Origin: an uncultured Candidatus Rokubacteria bacterium
GTDB taxonomy: Bacteria; Methylomirabilota; Methylomirabilia; Rokubacteriales; CSP1-6
DNA: 64,000 bases
Assembly: GCA_963754315.1 (NCBI GenBank)
Contig: CAVWFS010000018.1
Coordinates: 256,001-320,000 of the forward strand
Reading direction: 5' to 3'
Under the pieces are notes generated by a model. That model did no database searches, had not been told where the DNA came from, and saw nothing but the letters and a program-made list of their open reading frames with translations. The translations under genes were made by a program, and so were the position numbers. Each line of letters begins with the position of its first letter. Position 1 is the first letter of the stretch. Positions 10,092 through 20,727 of this stretch are shown piece after piece.

Positions 10092-10509
10092 TCAGTCCGC
10101 CGAGAGCACGACGTTCGCTTCCCGGTACAACACCAGGATGAACGCGATGATGAGCATGGCGACGCTCGCCGCTGCTCCCGCCACCTTGTGCAAGGGCGGG
10201 GTCAGGCGGAGCTCGAGCCAGCGCGCGGTCACCAGGAGGCCAGTGACGGCGCCCATGGTCGAGTGCGTGACCTTGCGGCGTGTCCACCATTCCACCAGCC
10301 CCAGGGCCACCACGAGCGCGGCGGTGAGGCCCATCGCGACCAGGATGAGGCCGGAGACGTTTTGGCTGAAGCTTGGACCACAGATGGACCTCACGGGTTC
10401 GCTCGCCGCGCACCCAGAATCCCCACGCGATGCTGCCAAACGCCAGTGACAGACTGACGAGAAGAGCACCGCGAAGAAGGCTGTCGAGAAAGTCGGCGAG
10501 GACCAGCAC
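10092..10509 (-). CDS. Small membrane protein, CopD-like N-terminus, frameshifted or degraded
   Basis: Hydrophobic segments split between two frames (LADFLDSLLRGALLVSLSLAFG then GLILVAMGLTAALVVALG). Confidence 0.35.
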
Positions 10510-10512
10510 CGG

Positions 10513-11785
10513 TCAGGCTAGAGATCGGCTCAACGCTCCGCGGCCTGGGGCGACCCTCCGCGGGCGTTCGCCTCCAGAGGCGCCGTTCGCGCCGCCGTCG
10601 CCGCGACACGGGGGCGCGTCGCGAGGACGCTGAGCCAGTAGAGGTGAGAACCAAGTGCGGCGAAGAGGACGAGGTGCGGGAGAGCTGCTGGCGCCAGTGC
10701 GATCGTCAGCACGTAGAGGAGCAGGAGCACGTAGAAGCCGTCGCGGGTCCCCAGCGCGCCCAACGGTCCGAGCGAGACCGTGGGCAACCTTCGGCCGCGG
10801 CAGGGTCTTCGACACGAGGGCGCTCGCGATGAAACCGATCGCCGCGAGACCCCCGTAGAGCAACCCGGTGCCCTCCAGCCGTTGCGCGGCCAACCCCAGA
10901 GCCACGGCTCCGCTGGCATGCACCAACGTGTCGCCCAAGGTATCGAGCCAGGCGCCCAGTCGGGACTCGGCAAAGGTCAGGCGAGCCACCTCACCATCAG
11001 AGTGATCGAGGACGACCGAGAGGAGATAAAGCGCGAGGCCCAGGAGCGCCCCGCCCACGCTCGCCCGCGCCCAGCACCAGGCGCCGACGAGACCGATGAT
11101 GACGCTCAGCACGCTGATCGTGTTCGGCGTCACGCCGAGCGCTACCAAGCCCCGCGTGAGCACCCGGGATAGTCGACGATGCACGACGGTGTCGAGCCGG
11201 GAATCGATGGCGGATCCCAGATCAGACAGGAGCCGCCGTTCCGCGTTGCGGCGTGTCTGCTCCGTGGTAGCACGCACGCTCCACGACCCTCGCACGACGC
11301 GGCGCCGGGGCGGCGGCGAGCATGCTTCGCAGGGCGGCGCCGACCGGAGCGCCCGAGGTCAAGCGGTCGGCGAGTGGCTGGCACAGGGGGCGGGACACGA
11401 GGGCAACGGGCGCTTCGTCCTCAGACGGGGACAGAACGGTGACGGGCTGCGCTTGGAGCAGCTCGCGCAGGCTCGGAGCGGGCAGGATCGACGTCGCCGG
11501 AATCAAGAGAATGGTCGTCCCGCCCGCAAGCCACTGAGACCCATTCAGCCACACGACCGCCTCGCGCGGACGCGGGTGGGCGGCGATGGCGCGCTCGACC
11601 TCCGTTCCGCGGAACACCGACGGCACCGCCACCGACGTGCATCCGGCCCGCAGGGCGGTCATGAGCGCACGGTAGGCAACAGGGCGGCTGGCTAGGCTCG
11701 CGCACCCTGCCTCGAAGTCCTCGTGGGCAGGGAGGTAGAGTAGGCCCTGGACACCGTGGTGGTCTTCGCGGTTGGGGCCGCTCAT
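10513..11785 (-). CDS. CDP-alcohol phosphatidyltransferase with N-terminal NTP-transferase-like domain; frameshifts near 11305 and 10770
   Basis: TPNTIS and LDHSDGEVARLT..ESRLGAWLDTLGD (DG-x2-AR-x7-G-x3-D signature); coupled to the upstream gene by ATGA. Confidence 0.8.
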
Positions 11786-12540
11786 CCGTCCTCGAGCCGG
11801 GCGATTTCGGGAAAGACCTCCACCTGAGCGCGCCGCAAGTCCTCGGCGAAATCCACTTCCGTCCACGGCAAGCCGCTCACGTCCACCGCCTGGACTGGCC
11901 GTCGGCTCACGAGGAGGTGCAGGGCATCTTCGTACTCACACATCCCGTCGCTCTCGTCGATCACCCCTTCGAGCAGGGCCACGAGCTCGCGACCGGCCTC
12001 GGCTCCGCACTTGAAGAAGCCAATACCTTCCCCGACGCCATCCCAGGACTCCGGTACCACCTTTTTGCCCAGGGCGATGACATGCTGGCCCCGGCTGTAG
12101 ATCTTCACTTCTTCGCCGGTGTCGGCGAACTCCCGATCCACTAGGAGCGCATTGGGAGCGGTCGATCCAACCAACCGGCGGAGAAACTCCCGCGGGAACA
12201 CGACGTCGGCGTCCATGATGAGCGTGGGCTCGGCGCCAATCAGGTCACGCACGGAAAAGAGGGACAGCGCCGACCCTTTCTGGTACTCGGGGTTGTGACG
12301 GCACTTCACCACCACGCCCGGCGGCGTCGCTTTCGCCAAGGTCTCCACTTGATCGGCGCAGTGGCCCACCACGATGACGATATGTCGCACGCCGACGGCG
12401 GCCAGCGCGTCGATCATTCGCGCGAGGATCGGCCGGCCCCCGACCAGGAGGAGCGACTTCTGGGTATGGTCGGTGAGGGGCGCTAACCGGCGCGCCACGC
12501 CGGCCGCCAGAATGACTGCCGTCACTTCACCGCGGCGCAT
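11782..12540 (-). CDS. Phosphocholine cytidylyltransferase (LicC-like) nucleotidyltransferase
   Basis: AVILAAGVARRL, K..LLVGG, MDADV, GEGIG, WTEVDFAEDL. Confidence 0.85.
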   Translation of the reverse strand: MRRGEVTAVILAAGVARRLAPLTDHTQKSLLLVGGRPILARMIDALAAVGVRHIVIVVGHCADQVETLAKATPPGVVVKCRHNPEYQKGSALSLFSVRDLIGAEPTLIMDADVVFPREFLRRLVGSTAPNALLVDREFADTGEEVKIYSRGQHVIALGKKVVPESWDGVGEGIGFFKCGAEAGRELVALLEGVIDESDGMCEYEDALHLLVSRRPVQAVDVSGLPWTEVDFAEDLRRAQVEVFPEIARLEDG

Positions 12541-12630
12541 GACGCCGGCCCGCCAGCGATTGGACAAGCGTGCACACGGCGCGGGTCCGGCCTGCACGCG
12601 CGGTCGTCTGCTGGTGGCTCACACATGATG

Positions 12631-15372
12631 TCAGGGTCTCGATTCCGACTCACGTAAGGGTCGCACCGGAGGACCCGAGTGTCCATAGGATCGTGAGAGA
12701 AAGAGCTGGAGCAGAACGGGAAGCACCACCAGCGATGCGACCAGGCTGGCGCTGGCCCCGAGGGCCAGCAACAGGCCAAGACCGAACATGCCCTGATGTT
12801 TGGCCACCATGAGGCTTCCGAAGCCGGCGATGGTCGTGAGCCCGTTCAGCATCACCCCCATCACTGCGCTGCGGGCCAGCAAGGGGCCGCCCGTCTCGCG
12901 CCCCTCCATGAACCGGACGTATACGTTGAGCCCGAACTCGGCGGCTGTTCCAATGATCAGCGGGACCGCCCACACGTTGGCCATGGTAAACGGCAGGCCC
13001 AGCCCGTCCATCGCCCCTAAGGTCCACAGCACACCGAGCGCGACCGGTATGAGAGCGAGCATTGCCCCGAAGACTGTCCTCAGGATGGCCACGGTCACGA
13101 GGCTGACGAGGCCGAGCGCATAGATCGTGCCCTCCAGATAGCCCCGCCGGATGAGACCGATCGCCTCGAAGCTCGTCACCGGGGGACCGGCTACGGCGGG
13201 ATCGACGGAGCGCAGATCGGTGACGAAACGCTCGGCCCCCGCTCGTTCCCAAATGTCGACGGCAGGTCTGATGCGCAGGAGATAGCGACCACTGGCGCCT
13301 ACATACCGCTGGCGTAGCTCCGGCGGTACCTCGCCAAGGGCAACCGGGCGCGGCCGGAGGTTGTTCTGAAAGTTGCGGAGCTTATCAGCGAAGTCACGCG
13401 CAAGGTCAGACTGGAGTCGGTCGAGCGCGACGGTCGCCGTCGACACTGGCACCCCGTCCAGCTGGCCCAGCACCGCGTCCACGTCACCCAGCACCGCACG
13501 TAACTGACCCTCCCCCTTCGTTCCGTCGGATGCCTCCAGGGCGAGCTTGAGGCGTCGTCGGAGGGTTTCGAGGGCGGCCCGGATCGCCTTCAGGTCTACC
13601 GGCCCCGGCTGCGCAGCCATGGTGACCGGTTCCAGCAGGGGGGCCAGCTCTCCGATCATGGCCGCCTTCTCCACCTGCCGATCGGGGTAGAGCATCAGCA
13701 CGCTCTCGACCTTGGCCACGCTCGGCAGTCGACCGAAGGCCTCCTGCTTGCGCTGGAGCTCCTCCAGGTTGCCCGCGGAGGCCAGGGCGGCCATGCCGGA
13801 ACGTCCCGCCACGGCCAGGATGCGTTCCTCCCACTCGACCGACTCGACGCCCCGCGCCTGGAGCTTCAACAGGTTGTAGCTGAAGCCCACCCCGGTCGCA
13901 GCCCACAGCGCGAGCCCGCTGAATCCCACAGCGAGCGCGAGGATCGTCTTGCGGTATCCCACGATCCGCTCGAGCCAGCGCGTCTCGCGAAGGGCGTCGG
14001 CGGATCGATCGGCTGGCGCGGCGCGCCCCCCGTCCACCATGGTGATCAAGGCGGGCAGCAACGTGATCATGGACAGAAAGGCCATCAGGATGGCCGTGCC
14101 GGACACGAAGCCGAACTCGCGGATGCCGGTGAAGTCCGTGAGGATGAGGACGAAAAAGGCGCCCGCCGCGGTAAGCGCACCGAGGAGCATGCCGGGCCCG
14201 GTGCGCTCGGCCGTCCGCTCGAGCGCCCGGGGCACGGTGGCGCCAAGGGCCCGCTCTTCTTCGTAGCGGAACAGGAGGTAGATGCCGTAATCAATCCCGA
14301 TTCCCACCACGATGGAGATGAACATCACCGAAAAGATGCTCAAGTGCCCCACGCCGAGCGTGATCAAACCCATGGCCCAGGCGAGGCTCACCGCCAAGGT
14401 TCCCAGCATGAGCAGAGGTTTCGCGAAGCGGCGGAATGCGATCAGCAGGATCGCGAGGACGCTGGCGAAGGCGAGCACGGTCGCCACTTTGCTGTCGTCG
14501 AACGCCGCCGTCATCTCATCGTGGGATAGCGCCGGCCCTCCCGTCACGCCCGCCTGCACCTCGGGAAACTCGGTCCGCAGCCGTGCGATGGCGGCGCGAA
14601 TGCCCTCGATGCGCTCGCGGTTTTCCCTGAAGTTGCCCTCCTGACGACGCGCCTCGACAAACAGGAAGAGCAGGCGCCGGTCCGACGAGAAGAAGTAACC
14701 GGCGTCGGATGCATCGAGACGTCCCAGCGCAAACGCCAGGGCCCAAGGAGAGTCGTAGCGGGACGCCCCATCCAGTTGGCTCCGCATCTGGCGAAGGAGG
14801 GCCGAAAGGAAGCGCAAGTCGGCAGCGTCCTTCTGGTCTAGGCCGAGATCGATGAAGCCGAGGGCCATGGCGTTGGCCATTTGCACGTTGAGCCCGTCGA
14901 GGAGTCGCGTCAGGGTGGGTCGAGCCGCGTAACGCTCGAGGAATTCCTCGTAGTCGTGGAGGCGCTCGCGGAGTTTGCTGAGCTCACCCGGCGATAGGTA
15001 CAGCAGCGCTCGTCCCTCGAAATAACTCGGGTCGATACGGTACATGACCCGCCCGTCCACCCCACCCGTCTGGAGCAGGCTGGCCAGGCGGTCGGCAAAC
15101 CGCGTCGCCTCACCCGGGGTCGGTGCCTGGACGGCGACCACGATGTCGTTCATTTCTCCGAAGTCGCGCTGGTACTCCCGGAGCGTCACGACATACGGCG
15201 CCTCCTGCGGCAGGAGGCGGTACGGGGAGGTTAGGAAGGTGAGAGTGTGGGCGGTGTAGGTGAGTCCCACGACAGCCAGCGCCAGTGACGCCAGCACGGT
15301 CAATCGTGGCCGTCTCACCGAGAGGCGAATGACCGCCGCCATCGCGCGCCCGATTCCCGGTCGCACAATCAT
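12631..15372 (-). CDS. hpnN: MMPL/RND transporter, hopanoid-associated HpnN type
   Basis: 913 aa with two TM bundles; VTGGPAL, GIGIDYGIY and TTIAGFGSL..A.H.G; start may be 15342. Confidence 0.75.
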   Translation of the reverse strand: MIVRPGIGRAMAAVIRLSVRRPRLTVLASLALAVVGLTYTAHTLTFLTSPYRLLPQEAPYVVTLREYQRDFGEMNDIVVAVQAPTPGEATRFADRLASLLQTGGVDGRVMYRIDPSYFEGRALLYLSPGELSKLRERLHDYEEFLERYAARPTLTRLLDGLNVQMANAMALGFIDLGLDQKDAADLRFLSALLRQMRSQLDGASRYDSPWALAFALGRLDASDAGYFFSSDRRLLFLFVEARRQEGNFRENRERIEGIRAAIARLRTEFPEVQAGVTGGPALSHDEMTAAFDDSKVATVLAFASVLAILLIAFRRFAKPLLMLGTLAVSLAWAMGLITLGVGHLSIFSVMFISIVVGIGIDYGIYLLFRYEEERALGATVPRALERTAERTGPGMLLGALTAAGAFFVLILTDFTGIREFGFVSGTAILMAFLSMITLLPALITMVDGGRAAPADRSADALRETRWLERIVGYRKTILALAVGFSGLALWAATGVGFSYNLLKLQARGVESVEWEERILAVAGRSGMAALASAGNLEELQRKQEAFGRLPSVAKVESVLMLYPDRQVEKAAMIGELAPLLEPVTMAAQPGPVDLKAIRAALETLRRRLKLALEASDGTKGEGQLRAVLGDVDAVLGQLDGVPVSTATVALDRLQSDLARDFADKLRNFQNNLRPRPVALGEVPPELRQRYVGASGRYLLRIRPAVDIWERAGAERFVTDLRSVDPAVAGPPVTSFEAIGLIRRGYLEGTIYALGLVSLVTVAILRTVFGAMLALIPVALGVLWTLGAMDGLGLPFTMANVWAVPLIIGTAAEFGLNVYVRFMEGRETGGPLLARSAVMGVMLNGLTTIAGFGSLMVAKHQGMFGLGLLLALGASASLVASLVVLPVLLQLFLSRSYGHSGPPVRPLRESESRP

Positions 15373-15570
15373 GGCAAGGCGAGACGCGTGGGTCGGGACA
15401 TACTGGTAACCCCGTTACTCGCTGGATTTTTCACGGAATGCCTGGCATTCTGGCCGGCGGACCCGTTAAGACTAGCACGATGCCTCGTGGTCCGCCTGAG
15501 ACTTTGGTCGTATGGTCGTTCCCCACACCTGGCACACTGAGAGTTACGGGACAAGGAGGATCCGAGACCC

Positions 15571-16824
15571 ATGACCGCGATATCGACCGCGCTCGGTGCC
15601 GCCGTTCGAACGGCGAATGCGCTGGGCGCGCTGCTGAATCGCAGTGGTCTACCACTCATCTCACTCGCTGAGCAGGACCTGCTGGCCGCCGCCCGACGTC
15701 GCACGCGACTGGAGGACTTCGGCGAAGAGGATTTTCGCGAGCCGTTCCGGATTGTGCTCCAGGGCTTGGAAGACGAGGCTCGCCTCACTCTCATCGGGCG
15801 CATCGTCGCCCGGGAGGACATTGTCGGCCTCCTCACCAATCGTCTCCGGCTGCAGGAGGACGGCAAGCTCCAGCCGGAAATCGGCGTGGAGCAGGTGAGA
15901 CAGCCGCTCTTCATCGTGGGGATGCCGCGCACGGGCAGTACACTGCTCCACCACCTCCTGGCCCAGGATCCCGCGAGTCGGGTGGCCCAGGCCTGGGAAG
16001 TGTTGTCGCCATCGCCCCCGCCCGAGAAGGCGACCTATGGGACCGATCCCAGAATCGCCAGCGCCGCCCGCAGGCTTGGTTGGTTCGACGCTCTCGCCCC
16101 CGAATTCAAGGCGATCCATCCTCTGGGGTCGCAGCTGGCCCTGGAGTGCATCGCCATCATGAGCCCGTCCTTTCGCTCCTCACGCTTTCATACCAGCTAT
16201 CGAGTTCCCACCTACCAGAGCTGGCTCGAGGAGCAAGATCTCGGTCCCGCGTACCGCTTCCACCGACGTGTGCTTCAGCAGCTTCAGTGGCGGGGTCCGG
16301 CCAGGCGGTGGGTTCTGAAGGCCCCCTCTCATCTCTTCGCCTTCGACGCGCTATTGCAGACGTATCCCGATGCGCGGATCGTCCAGACACACCGGGACCC
16401 CTTGACGGCGTTGGCCTCGGTGGCCAGCCTGACCGCAATCTTGCAGAGGGCGTTCAGCCACCAGCTCGACCTGGCCGAGATCGGACGCGAAGTCACTGAC
16501 CGCTGGACGAACGGCCTCGAGCGGGCCATGCAGTTTCGGCAGAGTGGCTCGATGGCGGCCGACCGCTTCGTCGACATCCACTATCACGATCTGATTCGGG
16601 ACCCCATGGCCGCCGTGCGTCGCATCTATTCGAGCTTCGAGATGGCGTTGACGGAAGCGGCCGAGACACGCATGCGCCAATTCCTCGAACAGAATCCCAA
16701 AGACAAGCACGGCGCTCATCGATATACCTTGAGTTCGTTTGGACTTGAGTACGATGACCTGATCCGTCGCTTCAAGGCCTACCGTGAGCACTTCGGCGTG
16801 CCGCCGGAGGCCGCGCCGGCCTAA
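15571..16824 (+). CDS. PAPS-dependent sulfotransferase
   Basis: GMPRTGSTLL (5-prime PSB), WVLKAPSH, THRDP...AS (3-prime PB); GGAGG RBS. Confidence 0.9.
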   Translation: MTAISTALGAAVRTANALGALLNRSGLPLISLAEQDLLAAARRRTRLEDFGEEDFREPFRIVLQGLEDEARLTLIGRIVAREDIVGLLTNRLRLQEDGKLQPEIGVEQVRQPLFIVGMPRTGSTLLHHLLAQDPASRVAQAWEVLSPSPPPEKATYGTDPRIASAARRLGWFDALAPEFKAIHPLGSQLALECIAIMSPSFRSSRFHTSYRVPTYQSWLEEQDLGPAYRFHRRVLQQLQWRGPARRWVLKAPSHLFAFDALLQTYPDARIVQTHRDPLTALASVASLTAILQRAFSHQLDLAEIGREVTDRWTNGLERAMQFRQSGSMAADRFVDIHYHDLIRDPMAAVRRIYSSFEMALTEAAETRMRQFLEQNPKDKHGAHRYTLSSFGLEYDDLIRRFKAYREHFGVPPEAAPA

Positions 16825-16859
16825 GCATACGGCGGCCAGGACGGTCGAGCCCGGCTAGC

Positions 16860-18575
16860 TTAGCTCACGAGACCCAGACCCTCGAGGTAGCGCAGCACGA
16901 GCCGCGCGTTCTGATCGGCGCTCGATTCGATTGTGTCGAGCGTAATCTCCGGGTTGTCCGGGCTCTCGTAGGGATCGTCGATCCCGGTGAATCCCCGGAT
17001 CTCGCCGCGTCGGGCTTTGGCATAGACTCCCTTGCTGTCGCGCCGCTCGCACACGTCGAGCGGTGTGTCCACGAAGACCTCCACGAAGTGCTCGGCCCCC
17101 ACCATGTGGCGGACCTCATCGCGTGTCGCTCGGTAGGGGCTCACCGCCGCGCAGAGCGCCACCCCGCCGTGGCGGACGATCTCGGCGGCGACGAACCCGA
17201 TGCGCCGGATGTTGGTGTCGCGGTCCTCCTTGCTGAAACCGAGGCCCTTGGACAGGTGGGTGCGTACCACGTCGCCGTCGAGGAGGGTGATCTGGCGGCC
17301 GCGCTCGAGCAGGAGCACGGTGAGGATCTCGGCCGTCGTGGACTTGCCGGCACCGCTCAGACCGGTGAACCATACGCACACGCCCTGGCGATGCCGCGGT
17401 GGGTAGGTATCCATGAGGATCTGGGCGACCTCGGGCCGGGTGAACCAGCCGGGGAGCTTCTGGCCGGCGTTGAGGAACTCCTCACGCACCTGGGTGCCCG
17501 AGATGGATGCCGTGCGCGCCGAGCGAGGGACGCGCGACACCTCCTCGTACCGATCCTCGTCGGGCAGATACATCATCTCGCTGAACGGGAGCATGCCGAT
17601 CCCGAGCTCCTCCTTGAAGCGCGCCACCAGCTCCTGAGCCTCGTAGGGTCCGTAGAAGGGTTTGCCAGCCGAGTCCAGGCCGGGACTGGCATGATCGCGG
17701 CCCACGATGAAGTGACTGGCCCCGTAGTTGCGACGGATCAGCGCGTGCCACACCGCCTCTCGTGGGCCCGCCATGCGCATGGCAAGGGGCAGCAGGGCGA
17801 GCAGGACGCGCCCGTGCTCGTAGTAGCGCTCGACGAGGACCTTGTAGGTGCGCACTCGCGTGTAGTAGTCCACGTCACCCGGCTTGGTCATCCCCACCAC
17901 CGGATGCAGCAGGAGCGTACCGTTGACGAGATCCGCGGCCCGCTTGGTCAACTCCTCGTGGGCTCGATGCAACGGGTTGCGAGTCTGGAACGCGACCACA
18001 TTGGCGGCGCCGAGGGCATTGAGACGCTCCCTGGTCTCGACCGGCGTCAGGCGCAGGTCGCGGAAGTCGTGGCGCGGCGGGAGCGCAAGAACGCGCAGGC
18101 TGCCGGAGAGCGCCACCTCACCCCAGCGGTGCATCTCGGCCACCAGGGGGTGGCGCATGTCGAGCGAGCCGAGCACTTGCTGGGCCGTGGCCGTACGATC
18201 CCACGGATACGCTTCCTCGATGGTCATGGTGCCCAGAAGCTCATTGCGGGCATCGCGCAGTGCGACCTCCGCGTCGAGCTGTATCTCGCGCGTGCGCTCC
18301 ACGGTCAGGGTGAGGGGAATGGGGAAAAGCTGACCACCAGCCAGGCGCATCTCCCCGACCACCCGCTCGAAATCGGCGCGGCCCATGAAGCGATCGAGCG
18401 GCGAGAATCCGCCGGTGGCCAGTAGCTCGAGATCATACAGGGCTCGCTCCGAGAGCTGCAGCGAGGGCAGCCGGTTGGCCCGAGCGCGTAGATCGGCCTG
18501 GGCCTCGGCCGGAACGATCAAATCAACGAGGGCGCCCCCTGCCGGCTCAATCAATCGGGTTCTCGACGTCGTCAC
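16860..18575 (-). CDS. sat-cysC: Bifunctional sulfate adenylyltransferase / adenylylsulfate kinase
   Basis: FQTRNPLHRAH, VGRDHA, GLSGAGKST, LDGDVVR, FTGIDDPYE; AGGAG RBS before GTG 18575. Confidence 0.95.
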   Translation of the reverse strand: MTTSRTRLIEPAGGALVDLIVPAEAQADLRARANRLPSLQLSERALYDLELLATGGFSPLDRFMGRADFERVVGEMRLAGGQLFPIPLTLTVERTREIQLDAEVALRDARNELLGTMTIEEAYPWDRTATAQQVLGSLDMRHPLVAEMHRWGEVALSGSLRVLALPPRHDFRDLRLTPVETRERLNALGAANVVAFQTRNPLHRAHEELTKRAADLVNGTLLLHPVVGMTKPGDVDYYTRVRTYKVLVERYYEHGRVLLALLPLAMRMAGPREAVWHALIRRNYGASHFIVGRDHASPGLDSAGKPFYGPYEAQELVARFKEELGIGMLPFSEMMYLPDEDRYEEVSRVPRSARTASISGTQVREEFLNAGQKLPGWFTRPEVAQILMDTYPPRHRQGVCVWFTGLSGAGKSTTAEILTVLLLERGRQITLLDGDVVRTHLSKGLGFSKEDRDTNIRRIGFVAAEIVRHGGVALCAAVSPYRATRDEVRHMVGAEHFVEVFVDTPLDVCERRDSKGVYAKARRGEIRGFTGIDDPYESPDNPEITLDTIESSADQNARLVLRYLEGLGLVS

Positions 18576-18607
18576 TGAATTCTCCTGATCAGATGGGGTT
18601 GACGGCC

Positions 18608-19378
18608 TCAGCGTGGGTGCCGGGGCGACTGGCGTCGACGTCCGAAAACGGTGCCCACTCCGAAGTAGGCAATGGCGTCCTTCATGTTCGAGACGAAGCG
18701 CCGCCCGGGATGCATCGACGGATCGGTCACGTACTGCATGGTCAGGCTCACCCGCTCCTCGCCGGGCCCAAGCGGCGTGACCGCGTGCCACAGGGCATCA
18801 CCGTTGAACAGAACTAGTGTGCCCGGCTCGGTGGCGAGACTCAGCTCCACGGGCTCACGGTCCGGCGCGCGGCGATGAAGCTGACAGACCAGGCGGCTCG
18901 AGGAGCGTTCGATAAGGCCGAGGAGCACGGTGTAGCGCGCTCCCCGATAGTACGACGTGTCATAGTGAAAGCCGATGTGGTCGCCCGGCTCCGTGTAGAA
19001 ATAAAGAGCGCACGCGTGGGGATCGCTCTCCGGGCAGGGCTCGAGCCGCTGGTCCGTCACTGCTTGCAGCCAGTCGATAAAGGCGGGCGCGTGATAGAGG
19101 GCGAGGGTGGCCGGGGCCAACTCGCCGAGCGTCCACGCGCTGACGCTCCCGCCCTTCTTGTGCCCTGGGATGTAGTTTCTATGGACACGGGGTCGGACTC
19201 GCTCGACCTCGGTCAGGAGCGGCGCGATCACCAGCGGCGGGAAGCACGCCTCGAGGTACACGAACTCACCCTGCCGACGGTACCTCGCTCGCACGTCTTC
19301 CCGGTCTTGCCGGGCAAGAGCGTGACCAATATCGTCGGCAGAGGCATGCGGCGGCGCAACACTGGGCACCTCGGGCAT
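18608..19378 (-). CDS. 2OG-Fe(II) oxygenase (hydroxylase-type HxD...H triad)
   Basis: GDHIGFHYD, LWHAVTP and R-x-S motif; AGGAG RBS. Confidence 0.85.
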   Translation of the reverse strand: MPEVPSVAPPHASADDIGHALARQDREDVRARYRRQGEFVYLEACFPPLVIAPLLTEVERVRPRVHRNYIPGHKKGGSVSAWTLGELAPATLALYHAPAFIDWLQAVTDQRLEPCPESDPHACALYFYTEPGDHIGFHYDTSYYRGARYTVLLGLIERSSSRLVCQLHRRAPDREPVELSLATEPGTLVLFNGDALWHAVTPLGPGEERVSLTMQYVTDPSMHPGRRFVSNMKDAIAYFGVGTVFGRRRQSPRHPR

Positions 19379-19602
19379 GGCAAACTCCTGAGTAGACGGG
19401 GCGGGGCGAGGACCCGTCAACACGTCGTGAACGCTCCCGATATGGTACCGCATCGAGGCCGAATCGCTGTGTTCTGCGTGAGGGACTTCTAGCGGATGCG
19501 TGGACGTTGAGCTAGCATCGCGGCAATGCGTTCTGAGCACGCCGCTCCTGGCGCGAGCGGACACGACCATCCAGTGACCAGCCGGCGGCGGTGTTGACAC
19601 CA

Positions 19603-20589
19603 GTGAAGACGCGCAAGGTCGTGCGGACGCTCGTCGTGGCGCTGCTGCTGGCGGTGGCGATCGCGCCCCATGCCCTGCCTGCGGCCAAGGTTTATCGCAT
19701 CGGCTTCCTGGGCACGACGTCCCCTAAGACACATGGGGCCTTCATGGATTCCTTCCGCGAAGGGCTGCGCGAGCGAGGCTACATCGAAGGCAAGAACGTC
19801 ACCATCGAGTACCGCTGGGCCGAGAGCGACTATAGCCGGCTCCCGGCCCTGGCCGCGGAGCTCGTCCAACTCAACGTCGACCTCATCCTCACCCACGGTA
19901 CGCCGGGTGCCCGGGCGGCGAAGGAAGCGTCCACGACTATTCCCATAGTCGTGGCCATCGCAGGCGACGCCGTCGCGACCGGGCTTGTGTCGAGCCTGGC
20001 GCGGCCCGGGGGTAACCTCACGGGGTCGACCTTCTTCTTCCCGGAGCTGAATGCCAAGCGTCTCGAGATGCTGAAAGAGGCGCTTCCGAGCCTCAAGCGG
20101 GTGGCGGTGCTCCTGAACGACGACAACCGCGGCAATGTCGTCACGTTTGACGCGATGACGAAGACGGCACGCTCCGTCAACGTGGAGGTCGTGCAGGTGG
20201 CCACCCGGAACCCGGACGACTTCGAGCGCGCGTTCGCCCAGATCGCGCGCTCGGGCGCTCAAGCGGTCGTGGTATACGAGGACGCGCTCTTCCTTGCCCA
20301 GGCCGCGCGTCTGGCGGCTCTGGCGGAACGGCATCGGCTCCCCAGCATCGGATTCCGGGAGTACGCGGACGTGGGCGGCCTCCTCGGGTTCGGTGTCGAC
20401 TTCCCGGCTGTGTGGCGCCGTGCCGCTGGTTTCGCGGACCGGATCTTCAAGGGTGCTCGCCCGGGAGATGTCCCCATGCAGCAGCCGGAAAAATTCGACA
20501 CGGTCGTCAACCTCCGGACCGCCAAAGTTCTCCGGCTCACGATTCCCCCAAGGGTCTTGCAACGTGCCGACAGGGTGATCCAACCGTGA
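19603..20589 (+). CDS. ABC transporter substrate-binding protein (ABC_sub_bind type), orphan
   Basis: RIGFL, GYIEGKN..IEYRWAE, SLARPGGNLTG, GARPGDVPMQQP; signal peptide. Confidence 0.88.
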   Translation: MKTRKVVRTLVVALLLAVAIAPHALPAAKVYRIGFLGTTSPKTHGAFMDSFREGLRERGYIEGKNVTIEYRWAESDYSRLPALAAELVQLNVDLILTHGTPGARAAKEASTTIPIVVAIAGDAVATGLVSSLARPGGNLTGSTFFFPELNAKRLEMLKEALPSLKRVAVLLNDDNRGNVVTFDAMTKTARSVNVEVVQVATRNPDDFERAFAQIARSGAQAVVVYEDALFLAQAARLAALAERHRLPSIGFREYADVGGLLGFGVDFPAVWRRAAGFADRIFKGARPGDVPMQQPEKFDTVVNLRTAKVLRLTIPPRVLQRADRVIQP

Positions 20590-20727
20590 GGGCGGCCTGA
20601 CGTGTCGGCCCTTCGGTAGCGCATCATCGGCCGAGATTCTGCAAAGCGTTGCGAGCCACGGGGCGCCGCGGGGGAGCCCTCAGAGAAGCTCGATGCACGA
20701 CGAAACGCCGGGGTGTGGACTGCTCGA

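Noticed and set aside
18608..19378. BesD/HalD-type halogenase
   Set aside because: The facial triad is HYD...H with Asp retained; halogenases replace it with Gly or Ala
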